Of a DNA stretch of 64,000 nt, positions 1 through 13,477 are shown one piece after another (the stretch's first letter is position 1; every line of letters starts with the position of its first letter). The notes beneath the pieces are model-generated. The model was not told the DNA's origin. It did not search any database and worked only from the letters and a program-made list of their open reading frames with translations. Source of the stretch: Hemiscyllium ocellatum (Eukaryota); NCBI RefSeq assembly GCF_020745735.1, contig NC_083412.1:26911181-26975180 (forward strand), read 5' to 3'. The position numbers and the translations under genes are program-made.

Positions 1-785
1 GGCTAGAGCAGGCTCTATACTCATTGCATTTCTTTTTGACCAGAAAGGTACCCTTTTGGAAAGCTGAGATAACCCTGCAAATATGGTCCCGGGGAAGAGG
101 ATCAGGGATGGGAGAGATCAGGCATCCTTTGGGATTGTGGAGAATCTCTGTGGAGAATATTGGACATAAAAAAAGTCCAATAGATCACTTAGAATTGTGC
201 ATCCCATCTTCATAGAAGATGCTGATTTAGCAATTCTTAAACCTTACTGATCCCTAACGGCACTAGATATAGATAACCCCTAGCAAATAGCACACCATAG
301 TTTCTGGAGATTTGTGTGCTGATTCAGAAGGAACTTTGTTGATAAAGCTGAACTGTAATTATCAGAGTCCTGTTCTACTAAAATTAATAGAGAGATCAAA
401 TTGCTGAAATAGCATTGCTGTAACTGCCAAACTATTAAAGAATAGTGCCAGAGGGCTTAGGACGCTTGATGTAATTTGGAGAATCATCATTTACCCTTTA
501 AATTAAGAAATTAATCGACTTCATTAGTTGCTTTCTGTGAAGTGATTGGCGCATTGCCAGCAGTGCCTAGGGTCACTGTTCTAAACAACAAATCGCAGAA
601 ATCCTGTGTTTCCAGTCCTGACCTTAACTTATTTTAAAAAATGTATGTCATTAGGTGTGTATCCTGAAAATGTGCCCATTCACACATTATTAAAATCCAG
701 CTGGTAAATCAGAAATAGCATTGAGTTTATAGATTGCTGAGCAAGTGAAAACTAAAACCCAGGTTTCCATTTTTTAAAAAAAAAT

Positions 786-2240
786 CATTTGTGGGACAAA
801 GGCATCGCTGGCTGTGCCAGCATTTATTGCCAGCCCCTAGCTGCCCTTGAGATGGTGATGGTGAGCTGCCTTCTTGAACTGCTGCTGTCCATGTGCTGTA
901 GGTAGACCCTCAATGTCATTAGGAAAAGTTCCAGCATTTTGACCCAGTGACATTGAAGGAATGGAGATATATTTCGAAGTCAAGGATGGTGAACGGCTGA
1001 GAGGGAAACTTATAGATGGCAGTGTTCCTATGCTTCTGCTGTCCTTGTCCTACCAGATGGAGGTGATCATGGATTTTGAAGACACTATCTTTGCTTCAGC
1101 TTTGCTGAATTTCTGCATCTTGTAGATAGTACGCACAGCTGCCATTGAGCGTTGATGGGGAGGGAGTGGATGCTTGTGGATGTGGTGCCAATCAAGCAGG
1201 CTGCTTTGTTCTGGATGGTACCAAGTCTCTCCAGTGTAGTTTGAGCTGGAAGTATTCCATCACTTTCCTGACTTGTGCCTCACAGATGGCATTTGAAAAA
1301 TGATAAGGGGAGTTACTCACTGCAGTATTCCTAGCCTCTGAATTTCTCTTGTAGCCACTGTATTTACATAACTAGCCCAGTTGAGTTTCTGGTCAATTGA
1401 TAACCTGTTGACAGTGGGGAATCATTGATGGTAATGGATTGAATGTCAAAGAGTGGTCGCAGATTGTCTTTTAGCAGAGACAGTTATTGCCTGGCATTTG
1501 TGTGGTGTGATAATGTCTGCTACTTTTCAGCCCAAGCCTGGTACTCTTTAGGTCTTTTGCGTTCGGACATAGCCTGTTTAGTATCTGAGGAGTCCTGAAT
1601 GGTGCTGAACATTGAACAATCATCAGAAAACATTCACACTTCTGACCTTATGATGGAGGGAAAGTCATTAATGCAGCTAGGTCACTACCCTGAGGAACTC
1701 CTTGAAAAATGTCCTGGAGCTGAGATGACTGAACTTCAACGACCACAACCATCTTCCAATGTGCCAGGTATGTCTCCAACTAGTGGAGAGCTTGCCCTGG
1801 ATTCCCATTGATTCCAATTTGCTTGGGCTACGTGTTGCAGTCACTCTCATCCCTCACCTGACTGATGGTAATTGGCTGCATTTGTTCTGCTTTTTATGTG
1901 CAGGACAGATGTTTCATACTTACAAACAGTGAATCAAATTACTGAAGACTGGCATCTGTGAGCGGGGGAATGTTTCAGCCTGATCTTTTGCACTGATGTG
2001 TTGGTCTTTTCCATCATTGAGAATCGGGATACTTGTGGAGCCTCCTCCTGCAGTGACTTGTTTAATTGTTCACCACCATTCACGACTGGATGTGGCGGAA
2101 GTATAGAACTTAAATCTGAGCCACTGGTTGTAGAATTGCTCAGCTTTGTCAATCACTTGCTGCTTAAGCTGTTTGGTATGCATATTTTCCAGTTGGGTAG
2201 CTTCACCAGGTTGGCACCTCATTTTCAGGTCCACCTGGTG
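786..2240 (-). mobile_element. Decayed LINE (CR1/L2-group), 3' end at left
   Basis: Same family recurs at 15230-15990 (-), 25780-26140 (-), 29590-30350 (+) and 62980-63415 (+), with shared motifs such as catttattg...ggtggtgagctgc..tcttgaa. Confidence 0.7.
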
Positions 2241-3173
2241 CTTCTCTGTTCATTGAACAAATGTAATGGAAAGGGAAGTTATAACTTCACCTCATGTCCA
2301 AACCTGTCTGACAGAGTTGACTTAGCTCTTTATAATTTGAATTTATGTTGGATTCTACCATCAGTGAACCTTCAAACATCTATTTTAAAACAGTAAGGTC
2401 TGAGGATTATTAGATCACAGTGGGGTTTTACTTTAAGCTTTGGCCATTGAGCCCTCCATTGCAGATTCTGACTGCAGCACAGGCCAGTGGAAAGCCCCCC
2501 CTGAAGAGCACATGGGTCTTACTTATCAGATTGGTTATAACAGTGCAGCAAATGCTCAGCCTACTCAGTTTAAGTAGAAGCAAATGACTAAAGGAATAAA
2601 CACCGAAAGAAACTTTCACATAGGTAGACAGTGAATATACAGTATGTAAAATAACTGTAAGTACAAGCTTACAAGTCACATAAACAAACTGCTTTTTGAA
2701 ACTGCAGTTAATTGCTAAATAACATTGAAAGGGGAACAGTTTACTAAAAGCTGCACATATACAATCTAAAATATAAATTAGGGCAGAATATTTTCATCTC
2801 CTATTTAAAATGTTTTTTTTTAATGGTGCCTAACTCAGATCTTTATAGGAGTTGTATATTCCAGTCTGAAAAGGTCACCTCACCACTCTTGAGGGAAGGA
2901 GGAAGAGGTTTGGATTACAAATGGCTATTAGAAAAGATATTTACAGTTAGCAGTGTTTAAGATTATATTACATTTACATTGAACTAGCATGAAAATAAAC
3001 TTTACAACTTCCAATTTTTTTCCACATGGAAGAAAACATGGCTGATTGAGAAACCACGATGTAGCTGGAAATGTTAATAGGATAAATTTGTTACATAGTT
3101 CAGCTACTAAATGTAGTTCAGGTACAAAAAGCAATGTTTCGAGATTGATTTGGTATGCACTATTCAGTCTTAC

Positions 3174-3367
3174 TTGGGATTGTGATTGTGCTTAACAGCT
3201 AATCTAGGGATTTGGTGAGGAAGAAGTGGTCTCTTCATATTCTGGTTCTTTAGTTGAATAGTGTGGGGGCACAGGATTTGGGTTGAATGTGATAGATTTG
3301 ACTGACCTTCATCATCCAAGTAAACATTCAAAGGTAGGAAGACTACTTGTGAATATAACTTTATATA
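3174..3367 (-). CDS. Candidate further exon of the BEND2-like gene
   Basis: Long pyrimidine tract + cag, open in phase 0, gtaaga donor (or TAA at 3170-3172). No recognisable homology. Confidence 0.25.
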
Positions 3368-5039
3368 CTGGTGCAGCAAGAACAGGCACGGGAGTTTAAC
3401 AGAGAAGGAGCAAAGAGACATTTTGGGAAGGAAGGGTGAGAGAACAAAATGTTAAATATGTAAAAAAGAAATTGCAAAGGAACACCGTCCAGAAACAGAA
3501 AACAGACGGTAAAGAAGGTCCCAAACAGGTGAAACTGAAATCTATGCTCGTGCCCGTAGGAAGACATTCTTAAACGGTGCTGAATCCGATTAGTGCATGA
3601 CACAGTGAACAATGACTATTTATATACACAATAGTGAACACATTCCCACCTAACTGAAAAAGTAACCTTGATGTGCCTTTCCAGTAGTTAATGTGTGATC
3701 GCTCACAATATACACATGTTCAAGTCATTCCACCAAGTATTCAACCAAGGTTGAGTATTAGCTGTTACTGAAAATTTTAAAGCCTCCAAAATGAAAACAA
3801 ACAGAAGAAATGAGGAAGAGGGAGTTCAAAGCGGTAGAGAACAAGCATTTCAGAAAGATTCATTAAGCCTTGCTCAAATTCATGGTTGTAGTGTGGAAGG
3901 TCATTTGAATCTTAATTTCTTTTCCAGCAGCTCTTCTCTCTACTCTGGTATCCTGTTCAACTGTGCATCCTTCATGTGTGAGTTCAGAGTGAATAACAGG
4001 TGGATAATCTACCTTGGAAGGCTTCACATCCTGAAATTGTTCTGACTGAAGTTCACAAACCTATTAGGAACAGGTTTTGGGCAGCATTCAGGAACTAGAC
4101 ACTGGATAGCTTTTACCCTTTACAGCTACTGGATCAGTTTGTTTTGAATCACAGAGTGCGAATTTGGGTTAAAACAGCATCGATTGTGATACCACGTCCT
4201 GGAGGACTGTCATTCAGCACTACCTCCACCTTAACGTTTCCAGTAATGTTTGCCATTTACTGCCCTTTAACCAATTTCTTAATTATTTTCAGATTACATG
4301 AATTCCTATTATATTATCTTGCATAAGAATCTCCTCACTTAACTTTGTTATTTTGAAAGTGAAAGCCCCAAGCAGCTTTCTGAAGCAAATCTGTAATAGC
4401 ACATTCTCAAAAGTGTTGCGGACATTCATGAAGAAGAATGCATACTTTATGAGAATGATAACTGATTTTTACGGAATCATGAAACAACGCAAGTCTGCAC
4501 TGGCTGTCCCTGTGAGAGCCATGCTCCTTCCTTCTCCCTTTAATCCTGCACAGTCTTGCTTTTCAGATCACAGTCTAATTGCCTTTTGAATGTGTCAATT
4601 GAACCTCGCCTCCAGCACACTTTCGGGCCTCGGTGTAATTCAAACCTTAACCACTGACTGTGTATAAACGTTTTCTTGATATCACTTTTGCTCCATCGCT
4701 ATGTACCTTCATGCCTTTTTGAATGAAGTAGTTTTGGTATCTTATAGATCAGAACATGGAGAGCAGAGGGGAAAGTGGCACAGAGGCAAAAAAAATCAGG
4801 TGTAATCATGTAATGGCAGAGTAGGCTTGAGGGAACATATGATTGACTCAAGCTCATCCTACTTATATTTTTAATAGCCTGGGAGCATAAATGTAAAGTT
4901 GTTGGAAGAATTGGAAGGAAGTGGAGGGAAAAATGGGTGCAGGTCTGGAACGTGCTCCTTGTAGAAACAGAAACTCCACATTTCAACAATACTTGGATAT
5001 GTATGTCATATGCTGTAATCTGCAAGGCTACACACCAAA

Positions 5040-5330
5040 CAGTTGTTTGAACTGTCCCACCTGTACATCTTCCTTCCCACCTACCCGCTCCACCATCACC
5101 CCACACCTTCATCTACCTATCGCCTTCCAAGCTACCTTCCCCCTGCCCCTACTGGCCCCTCCTATTTATCTCTCAGTCCCCTTCCTCCATCCCACATTCC
5201 TGATGAAGGGCTTATGCCCGAAATCTTGATTCTCCTGCTCCTCGGATGTTGCCTGACCTGCTGCGCTTTTCCAGCACCATACTTTTCTACTCTGATCTCC
5301 AGCATCAGCAGTCCTCACTTTCTCCTACAC
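5040..5330 (+). mobile_element. Penelope-derived 3' fragment (degenerate hammerhead at about 5200)
   Basis: Same family as 13342-13565: ctgatgaagggcttatgcccgaaa...ccagcatcagcagtcctcactttctcct. Confidence 0.75.
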
Positions 5331-5734
5331 ACCAACGAATGTCCAGTTAGACTAGGTAGCTCTTTTTTTGGCTCAGTAACAATTGTCCATACAAGCTCCT
5401 CCCTTTGATACATCTTCTATATTCGTTGGGCCACAATACAAAATTGTAGAACTAGAGGGAAAAATAAGGGTTACAGTAGCCTTCTGAGCTTTGATTCTTT
5501 GATATAATTCTTGGTTTTTATTAGTCCGGAGTTCATTTCACCTTAAAATATATTGGTGCTTGCACTAGGAATTAAGAGCTAGTAGGAAATAATATATAAC
5601 GTCTTAGTGTTTTAATCTACCCTAAATAAAAATGTTGCAAAAGAATTGTATTGTGTAAGTGTCATCTGCTGTATGTAATTAGGATAGATGTTTTTATCCA
5701 GTTGATGGTAGGGTGTTGCCAAACAAAGAGACCA

Positions 5735-6380
5735 AGAGCTGCAGGTAAACAGGGTGGTGAAGAGGCATTTGGCACACTTGCCTTCATTGGTCAGAACACA
5801 GAATAGAGTGCAGAAGTTGGGATGTCATGTTATGGCTGTACAGGATATGGGTGAGGCCACTTTTTGAATACTGTGTGCAATTCTTGTCACCCTTCCATAG
5901 GAAGAATGTTGTTAAACTTGAAAGGATGCAGAAAAGGATGTTGCTGAGGGTTTGAGCTGTAGAGAGAGACTGAATAGGCTGAGGCTGTTTTCTCTGGAGC
6001 GTCAGAGGCTGAGGGGTGACCTTATAGAGATTTATAAAATCATGAGGGGCATGGATAGGGTAAATAGACAAGGTCTTTTCCCTGGGGTGGGCGAGTCTGG
6101 AACTAGAGTGCATAGGTTTAGGGTGAGAAGGAAAAAATTTAAACATTCCTGAGGGGTAAAGTTTTTATGCAGAGGATGGTATGTGTATGGAAAGAGCTGC
6201 CAGAGGAAGTGGTGGAGGTTGGTACAATTACAAAGTTTAAAAGGCATCTGGATGGGCATACAAATAGGAAATGTTTAGAGGGATATGGGCCAAATGCTGG
6301 CAAATGAGACTAGGTCAGATTTGGATGTCTGGTCGGTGCAGACGAGTTAGGTCTGTTTCTGTGCTATATAACTTTATGGC
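5735..6380 (+). mobile_element. HER1/CR1 LINE 3' fragment
   Basis: ERLNRLRLFSLERQRLRGDLIEIYKIM, the CR1 ORF2 C-terminus, followed by the 3'UTR. Confidence 0.9.
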
Positions 6381-6762
6381 TGTCTATTGGCCATGAGTGC
6401 TCAACTTGTTGTTCTGGCTGAGATCAACTAGGCTTGTATAAAGTGAAAATTGTTGTGAATGTTTGGACACAGATCTAAGCTATGTCTTTATGCATGATGC
6501 CATGCAGAAGCTCCTTCAGCTGTTCAGAAATGTTCTTTAACCAATCGACTATCCTGGGTGTAAACATAATAACACATGCAAACATTGTGTTTCTTGGTCT
6601 GTTACAATCCCCAAGAAGGAAAAAGAAAATATTAAGCCAGACTGCATTGCAGAACACTTTTGATCTATTTTGCTTTGAGTCTCTCCTCAAGTCAGCCTGA
6701 TACATACTTGCCAATAATGCACATAAACAGAAATGCTTTAACTCTCTGTTGAATCCACTTAC

Positions 6763-6884
6763 TGCTTCTTTTTGGATTTCATAACGTAGACTGCGTATCA
6801 TGGAATTTACATTAGAGACACAAATCTTCCAGTCTTTGCCTTCCTCACTCAGATCGAATGTGGGGAAAATTGAACAAAGGAACT
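6763..6884 (-). CDS. BEND2: BEND2-like gene, coding exon 9 (BEN domain, second part)
   Basis: tttttatcctag|...GCA|gtaagt, 122 nt, phase 1-0: EFLCSIFPTFDLSEEGKDWKICVSNVNSMIRSLRYE. Compare BEND2 [36 protein letters not shown]. Confidence 0.92.
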
Positions 6885-7475
6885 CTAGGATAAAAAAAAT
6901 GTGAATTCAATAAAAAAATACAATTAGCAAATCATTAAAATTTGTTATGAGTATCATTTTTCCCCTTGTCTAAAGCATGCACAATGGTACATTTTTGTTT
7001 TATTGTAGAAATGTAATTAACTAGTTAATAGTTCATGAAACTAGAAATTATTTTACCAACACCTTCCAATGTGCCCACTCGGCATCTACATTGATCAAGA
7101 GTATAAATGTTCTCTAATACAGAAAGGATTAATTACTGTTGCAGAGTTTTAAAAAGTCCAGTTTTCTAAATGTACCCTCTTGTTAACTGTATATTCTCAG
7201 TTACCAAAAGACAGGTACGGACATCATGATGTTAATCAAATACTACAACCTCATGTTTTTTAAAAATTCTGACACAAAATTAAGTGAAAATGGATCAATT
7301 CGTTGGAATTCCATGACCAGCTTTTAATTATTAGATCAATTTTAAACACCACTACAATGTTAAACAGTCAAACTAAGAGCTTATTACAATTAACACCTGT
7401 AGGAGTATAAAGGTAGAAAACTGTAGCATTTTTGAGACAATTCAAATGTTAACCATCACCTAGAACAAGACCCAC

Positions 7476-7679
7476 CTCGCAAAGCTGCAATCCTATTAGG
7501 ATCCAGTGGTTTGATTCCTCTAGTTTTGTCACCTTGCATGTTACTGTACATCAGGATGTCCTTTGGGAACATCATCCGGACGAGGTAACGTGCGACATAC
7601 TTTGGCTTGGTCTTCTGTCGTGCCTTCATTAAGAAGGCTGCAGGCACCTTTATATTTCGCCTGGGGTCACCCAGATATT
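7476..7679 (-). CDS. BEND2: BEND2-like gene, coding exon 8 (BEN domain, first part)
   Basis: ttcccag|...CGAG|gtgggt, 204 nt, phase 1-1: EYLGDPRRNIKV...KPKYVARYLVRMMFPKDIL...LDPNRIAALR. Compare remembered human BEND2 YLGDPKRNVRV...KPKQAACYLVRILFSKEIL...LDPNKMAALR. Confidence 0.92.
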
Positions 7680-10189
7680 CTGGGAATTCAAGATTAACAA
7701 AATTATTGAACGCGAAATAGGAACGTGGTTATTTTTAACTAATAGCTGAAAATTAAAAGTCTCCATTTATTGTACCAGAGGGGTAATGACAAAGGTACAT
7801 TTTACGATGAGTGAAAAATCCAACTTTTGTATTTTCTTCAAATTTTCTGATCTCGAGTTTGGTCAGGTCAGATCTTCCCTCCAGCTTCTTATTTTGCCAT
7901 GTAACAATAGTGGGAAACCACAGTGTATCTTAAAAACATTTCACCATAAACAGCCTGAGTTATGACTTCCCAACCAGTCCAAGAGCTATTTCAGAGCTTA
8001 CCAACGTTGGGAACCACACTGTTTTGCCAGTGACATGGAATCAGGCAGCCCAGAGGAGGGTTTTGCTATCTCGACTGGTGCTGTTACTGGATCATCTCTG
8101 ATATACCCCATTTATACCACAGCAGGGTGAGTGAAATTATCTAGTAATGCCAACTTGGAGGATCCGCATGCAATTGCCAATCTCCTTAAGACCTTAAAGA
8201 CAGAAGATTATTTTATCCCAACAGCCTAGACTGGGTGTGCATCCGAAAGTTCAAAGGCAGTGGGTAATGTGCTCCATGTCCTGGTTTGTTCATCATAATA
8301 TTTATTTTGAGATCATATATAAAGGTTGCTAAAAACAGAGATATACATTCATACCTCATTTAGTTTGATAATACTGATCAGTTTCGGACATTAAACCAAC
8401 AAACAACAGAACCAAGTTACGGTTCTAGTAGCTCACATTCAAGAGTTTAGCAGACTGGATTACATAAAATGGGACCACACTAATGCCACCATTAAGTAGA
8501 CTGCTGTTTGTACAATGGTTGCTATTACTCTGTTCTGAGACCACTGTCACAGTCTAGGTTTGGGACTTGTAGTCACGATGTAAATACAAATTCGTTCCTT
8601 GCACCGACTCATCACTCTGGAAATAAATTAAAGTACACTCCCAAATGAGAGACATGTTCTTGAAAGCATTTGCAAGTGAATTTGGTGAGTGTCCTCTGTT
8701 TTTCATTGAATCCTGAGTCAGTTTAGTGAAACCCTGTCATATTAAATCATAACGTTTTCACTACATCAAAAAAGTGGCTCAACAGTATTTACTGTGTGGC
8801 ATAAAATAAATGCACAAAAAGAATGATATCTTTGGACATATTAATGGTATCTAGCATATCTGAAATCTTATTAAAAACTGCAGCTTATAATTTCAAAAAA
8901 TAAAAACCATGGTATGATAAAACTACTGCAGCTTCTTAAACTGTGACCTTTTTCATGGAGGGGTGTAACAGGGATGACAGGGACAGGGATGTCACAATTT
9001 TGAAATTTGTGAATTGATAAATGCAATAAAATTATAACTTACACACAAAGACAACGTAGACACAATAATAAGTGGTTTATAGACTGTTTTCCATTCAAGT
9101 GAAAGGAAAATATAGCTTGTTTGTATTAAATAAAGCTCTCTCATCCTGGTTTAACAGCTATCAATTTTCACTCCTGCATATGATGTTTAATTGGGAATCT
9201 TGCTTTTTGTTGAGACATCTCACAGAATTCCAGAACTATATTTATGATGTTAACAAATATTTGTGATATATATTTTTACCAGTTGGAAATATTTTCAACT
9301 GCAGTGTGGAATTCCGAAGATTGGCAGAAATATCTAATGAGTTAGATCAAAAATTCCGTTGAGGGATCAGGAACTTCTTAAAATGCTATTTTCAGCTTTG
9401 TTTTGATATAATCAAATGAGAAATTGGGATACATTTTGAAATCGTTAATCGCTTCCCATGGCCAATATTAAGACATGATCATACTTTAATGCACAAATTG
9501 ACAAAGTTTTATTTTAAGTCTTTTTAAAAAGAAGACAACTGAAGAGATTAATGATCAGAATATCATGGATGCTAGAAATCAGAAACTAGTATACAGAATT
9601 CTGGGGAAACTCAGCAGGTCTGGCAGCATCTATGGAGAGAGAAACATTGTGAACATTGAGTTCGATACAACTGCTCTCCAGAGTTGCTACAATGATCAAA
9701 ATGACAATCTCTTATTTTAAAGTTTGATCAGAGAAATAGCTATTTTTATAAAACCTACCAACCTTCAATTCTTAATTTTGAAGAAATTTCTTGCATTTGG
9801 GTTTATTTCTTTATTTATTTCTAAAAAACATTAACATACATAGATTTGAAATATATATGTGTGGATATTTGTAGAAAGGTTTAACCCAAATGCAGCATGT
9901 CGTGCAATGTGAAACTATGTTTGGAAACCTGACGACTTGTTTGAATCTAGGTTTTAAACTCAACTTGAAATTTCTAGTTGGAACATTAACTGCATCCATC
10001 TTGATAACTGAACTTTATGGGATGGTCAAAATAAATTGAACTGACTTCAGACAGTGAATGCCAGGAAGCTTTCTTATTGTCATTGGCAATATAATCTATT
10101 AATGTTGATATGATAAATAAAGAACATTCCAATTTTTTAAAAATATAATTTTACTTTCTAAGAAGAGCTTTACAACTTGAAGTCCCCTG

Positions 10190-11630
10190 GGCCGGATAGG
10201 ATTTAACCTAGGATCCTCTGGGAAGCCAGGGAGGATATTGGTTAGGCCACTGTCAGAATATTGCAATTCTGGTCTCCTTCCTATCGGAAAGATGTTGTGA
10301 AACTTGAAAGGGTTCAGAAAAGATTTACAAGGATGTTGCCAAGGTCGGAGGATTTGAGCTACAGGGAGAGGCTGAACAGGTTGGGGCTGTTTTCGCTGGA
10401 GCATCAGAGGCTGAGGGGTGACCTTATAGAGGTTTACAAAATTATGAGGGGCATGGATTGGGCAAATAGGCAAAGATTTTTCCCTGGGGTTGGGGACTCC
10501 AGAGCTAGAGGGCCTAGGTTTAGGGTGAGAGGGGAAAGATATAAAAGAGACCTAAGGGGCAACTTTTTCACGCAGAGGATGGTATGTGTATGGAATGAGC
10601 TGCCAGAGGATGTTGTGTAGACTGGTACAATTGCAACACTTAAGAGGCATTTGGATGGGTACATGAATAGGAAGGGTTTGGAGGGATATGGGCCGGGTGC
10701 CGGCAGGTGGGACTAGATTGGCTTGGGATATCTGGTTGGCATGGACAGGTTGGACTGAAGGGTCTGTTTCCATGCTGTACATCTCTATGACTCTATTGCC
10801 AAGCCTTTGGCATTGATCTTTAAATCGTCGTTGTCTACAGGAATAGTGCCAGAAGACTGGCGGGTAACAAATGTGGTTCCCCTGTTCAAGAAGGGGAGTA
10901 GAGACAATCCTGGTAATTATAGACCAGAGAGCCTTACTTCAGTTGTTGGTAAAGTGTTGGAAAAAGTTATAAAAGATAGGATTTATAATCATCTAGAAAA
11001 GAATAATTTGATTAGGGATTGTCAGCACAATTTTGTGAAGGGTAGGTCGTGCCTCACAAACCTTATTGAGTTCTTTGAGAAGGTGACCAAACAGGTAGAT
11101 GAGAGTAAACCGGTTGATGTGGTATATATGGATTTCAGCAAGGCATTCGATAAGGTTCCCCACAGTAGGTTATTGTACAAAATGCAGAGGAATGGGATTG
11201 TGGGAGATATAGCAGTTTGGATCAGTAATTGGCTTGCTGAAAGAAGACAGAGGGTGGTGGTTGGTGGGAAATGTTCATCCTGGAGTCCAGTTACCAGTGG
11301 TGTACTGCAAGGGTCAGTGTTAGGTCCACTGCTGTTCATCATTTTTATGAATGACCTGGAGGAGGGCGTAGAAGATTGGGTTAGTAAATTTGCAGACGAC
11401 ACTAAGGTCGGTGGAGTTGTAGATAGTGACGAAGAATATTGTCGGTTACAGAGAGACATAGATAAGCTGCAGAGCTGGGCTGAGAGGTGGCAAATGGAGT
11501 TTAATGTGGACAAGTGTGAGGTGATTCACTTTGGTCGGAGTAACCCGAATGCAAAGTACTGGGCTAATGGTAAGATTCTTGGTAGTGTAGATGAGCAGAA
11601 AGATCTCGGTGTCCAGGTACACAGATCCAT
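10190..11630 (+). mobile_element. Internal CR1 ORF2 (RT) fragment split by a nested CR1 3' fragment (10241-10793)
   Basis: KSPGPD...REDI (10190-10240) continues as IAKPLALIF at about 10795. Open RT with YMDFSKAFDKVPH, QGSVLGP, FADD. The nested piece is flanked by TATTG and ends in ctatgactct. Confidence 0.92.
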
Positions 11631-11883
11631 AGCTTCTACTTCTTCAAGACTTCAGCTGCTTCTGCTGAATCTAAAAGCCAAAGAAAACACCGAGAAATCC
11701 TGGTCTGTGAGAACTGGCTGCACCCATTCAGGCTGCTTCTATTGTTCCAGCTCTTTAAACAAAAACCCAAGGCCTCACAAGCTGTTTAAGCTACCACAGA
11801 CTGCTCTTCACCTCTCATTCAATCTCTCACTCGTAAAAGAAACAAGGACAAAATACACCTCTTAAAGCCTCAGCGTTGTCACA
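11630..11883 (-). repeat. Partial LTR-like sequence
   Basis: Minus-strand start tgtgacaacgctgaggctttaa..tattttgt resembles the start of the solo LTR at 17638. Confidence 0.5.
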
Positions 11884-12043
11884 CAGATAAACAATAAAAG
11901 ATGTCTCATGTAGTAAACACGAAACGTTCCAGTGATTTCAATTTCTGATTTCCTGCATCAGTAGTTCTTTTGGTTTTTACTAAGCATTGATTTTGAACTC
12001 ACTGAAATGAAAACATACTGTTTGGTGTTTGATTATTACCCAC

Positions 12044-12587
12044 CTAAACTCATAGTATCTCCGGACGAGGATGAAGGAACTTCAGGCTGGGAAAAGCCGG
12101 TTTGCTCTGCAGGACTGTCTGCAGTTTTTACATTACTGAACGCCTCTCTTTCTTGGGAAGTACAACTATCCTGAAATGGTCTTCTGGTGGGTTGCACTAC
12201 ATCACTGGCTTCTGAAGACGTAGGTACCCTGTTGTCTTGCTCAGCGGGCGCTTTCCCTTGGGCAAAGTCAGAAATGCCAATAACCGTTCCAGAGCACTGT
12301 ACTGGAGCTTCTTTTAAAGATTGGACCGAGTGAATTGTGGGCAGAGGAGGGCTTGCTCTTCTTGCACTGCTGTACACGATTTGCGGCTGAGGCGAGGATC
12401 GTACAGGATTGCTTGGAATTGGAACTGCCACTGGCTCTTTCTCTACCCGTATCATGACCGGGGAAGGGTGGGACCCTGCATCCGGTGGTGGCATCCTGAT
12501 CCTCACCTCCCTCTCCACGGGCTTCTGTACTTTCATTTTGGTGAGCGGCATCTGGTGGGTGTTTCCATAGGATACAGTCGTCAGTCT
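12044..12587 (-). CDS. BEND2: BEND2-like gene, coding exon 7 (Pro/Ser-rich linker)
   Basis: ttatttgcag|AGA...TTAG|gtgggt, 544 nt, phase 0-1, inside the 193-aa ORF 12036..12617. Confidence 0.85.
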
Positions 12588-12958
12588 CTGCAAATAACAA
12601 TTAGAATTAACAAGCAAGGAAGGGAAAGACCGGAGAATCCCAAAATGGAGGCAACATCACCTTCCCAATGGGTGCTGCATCCAAATTAAACTCTCCATTA
12701 ACAATCTTTTCTATTCCAGCCAGTAGCATTGAAAAATACTTGTGCAGTTTTCACAAAAGATACAAAACACAGGCAAAGAGGTTTACTTTCCAGTTAACGT
12801 GGCTGTGGACAGAACAGCAAGAATTCATCTCCTCTCATCGCCTGTTTAAGGTCACTTGGTAAGTGCAGTCCTCTAGCCAGAACTTGGCCTCAGGAGCAAT
12901 ACTGGATTAGTGGTGCTGGAAGAGCACAGCAGTTCAGGCAGCATCCGAGGAGCAGCAA

Positions 12959-12994
12959 AATCGACGTTTCGGGCAAAAGCCCTTCATCAGGAAT
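12959..12994 (-). ncRNA. Minimal type I hammerhead ribozyme motif (PLE-associated)
   Basis: AUUC-CUGAUGA-A-GGGC(UUUU)GCCC-GAAA-C-GUC-GAUU. Confidence 0.7.
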
Positions 12995-13441
12995 AAAGCA
13001 GTGAACCTGAAGCGTGGAGAGATATGCTAGAGGAGGGTGGGGGTGGGGAGAAAGTAGCATAGAGTACAATAGGTGAGTGGGGGAGGGGATGAAAGTGTTA
13101 GGTCAGGGAGGAGGGGCTGGAGTGGATATGTGGAAAAGAAGATAGGCAGGTAGGACAGGTCATGGGGACAGTGCTGAGCTGGAAGTTTGGAACTAGGGTG
13201 AGGTGGGGGAAGGGGAAATGCGGAAACTGTTGAAGTCCACATTGATGCCCTGGGGTTGAAGTGTTCCGAGGTGGAAGATGAGGCGTTTTTCCTCCAGGCG
13301 TCTGGTGGTGAGGGAGCGGCGGTGAAGGAGGCCCAGGACCACCCTCCTCCCTGACCTATCACCTATTGTATTCTATGCTACTTTCTCCCCACCCCCACCC
13401 TCCTCTAGTTTATCTCTCCACGCTTCAGGCTCTCTGCCTTT

Positions 13442-13477
13442 ATTCCTGATGAAGGGCTTTTGCCCGAAACGTCGATT
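13442..13477 (+). ncRNA. Minimal type I hammerhead ribozyme motif (PLE-associated)
   Basis: CTGATGA 13446-13452, stem II GGGC/GCCC, GAAA 13466-13469, GTC 13471-13473. Confidence 0.7.

Noticed and set aside
8001-8192. Minus-strand exon-like segment with acceptor and gtaagc donor between exons 7 and 8
   Set aside because: Stops in all frames, and exons 7 and 8 already join in phase.
10807-11865. 352-aa ORF as a host gene
   Set aside because: CR1 RT fragment running into unrelated repeat sequence.
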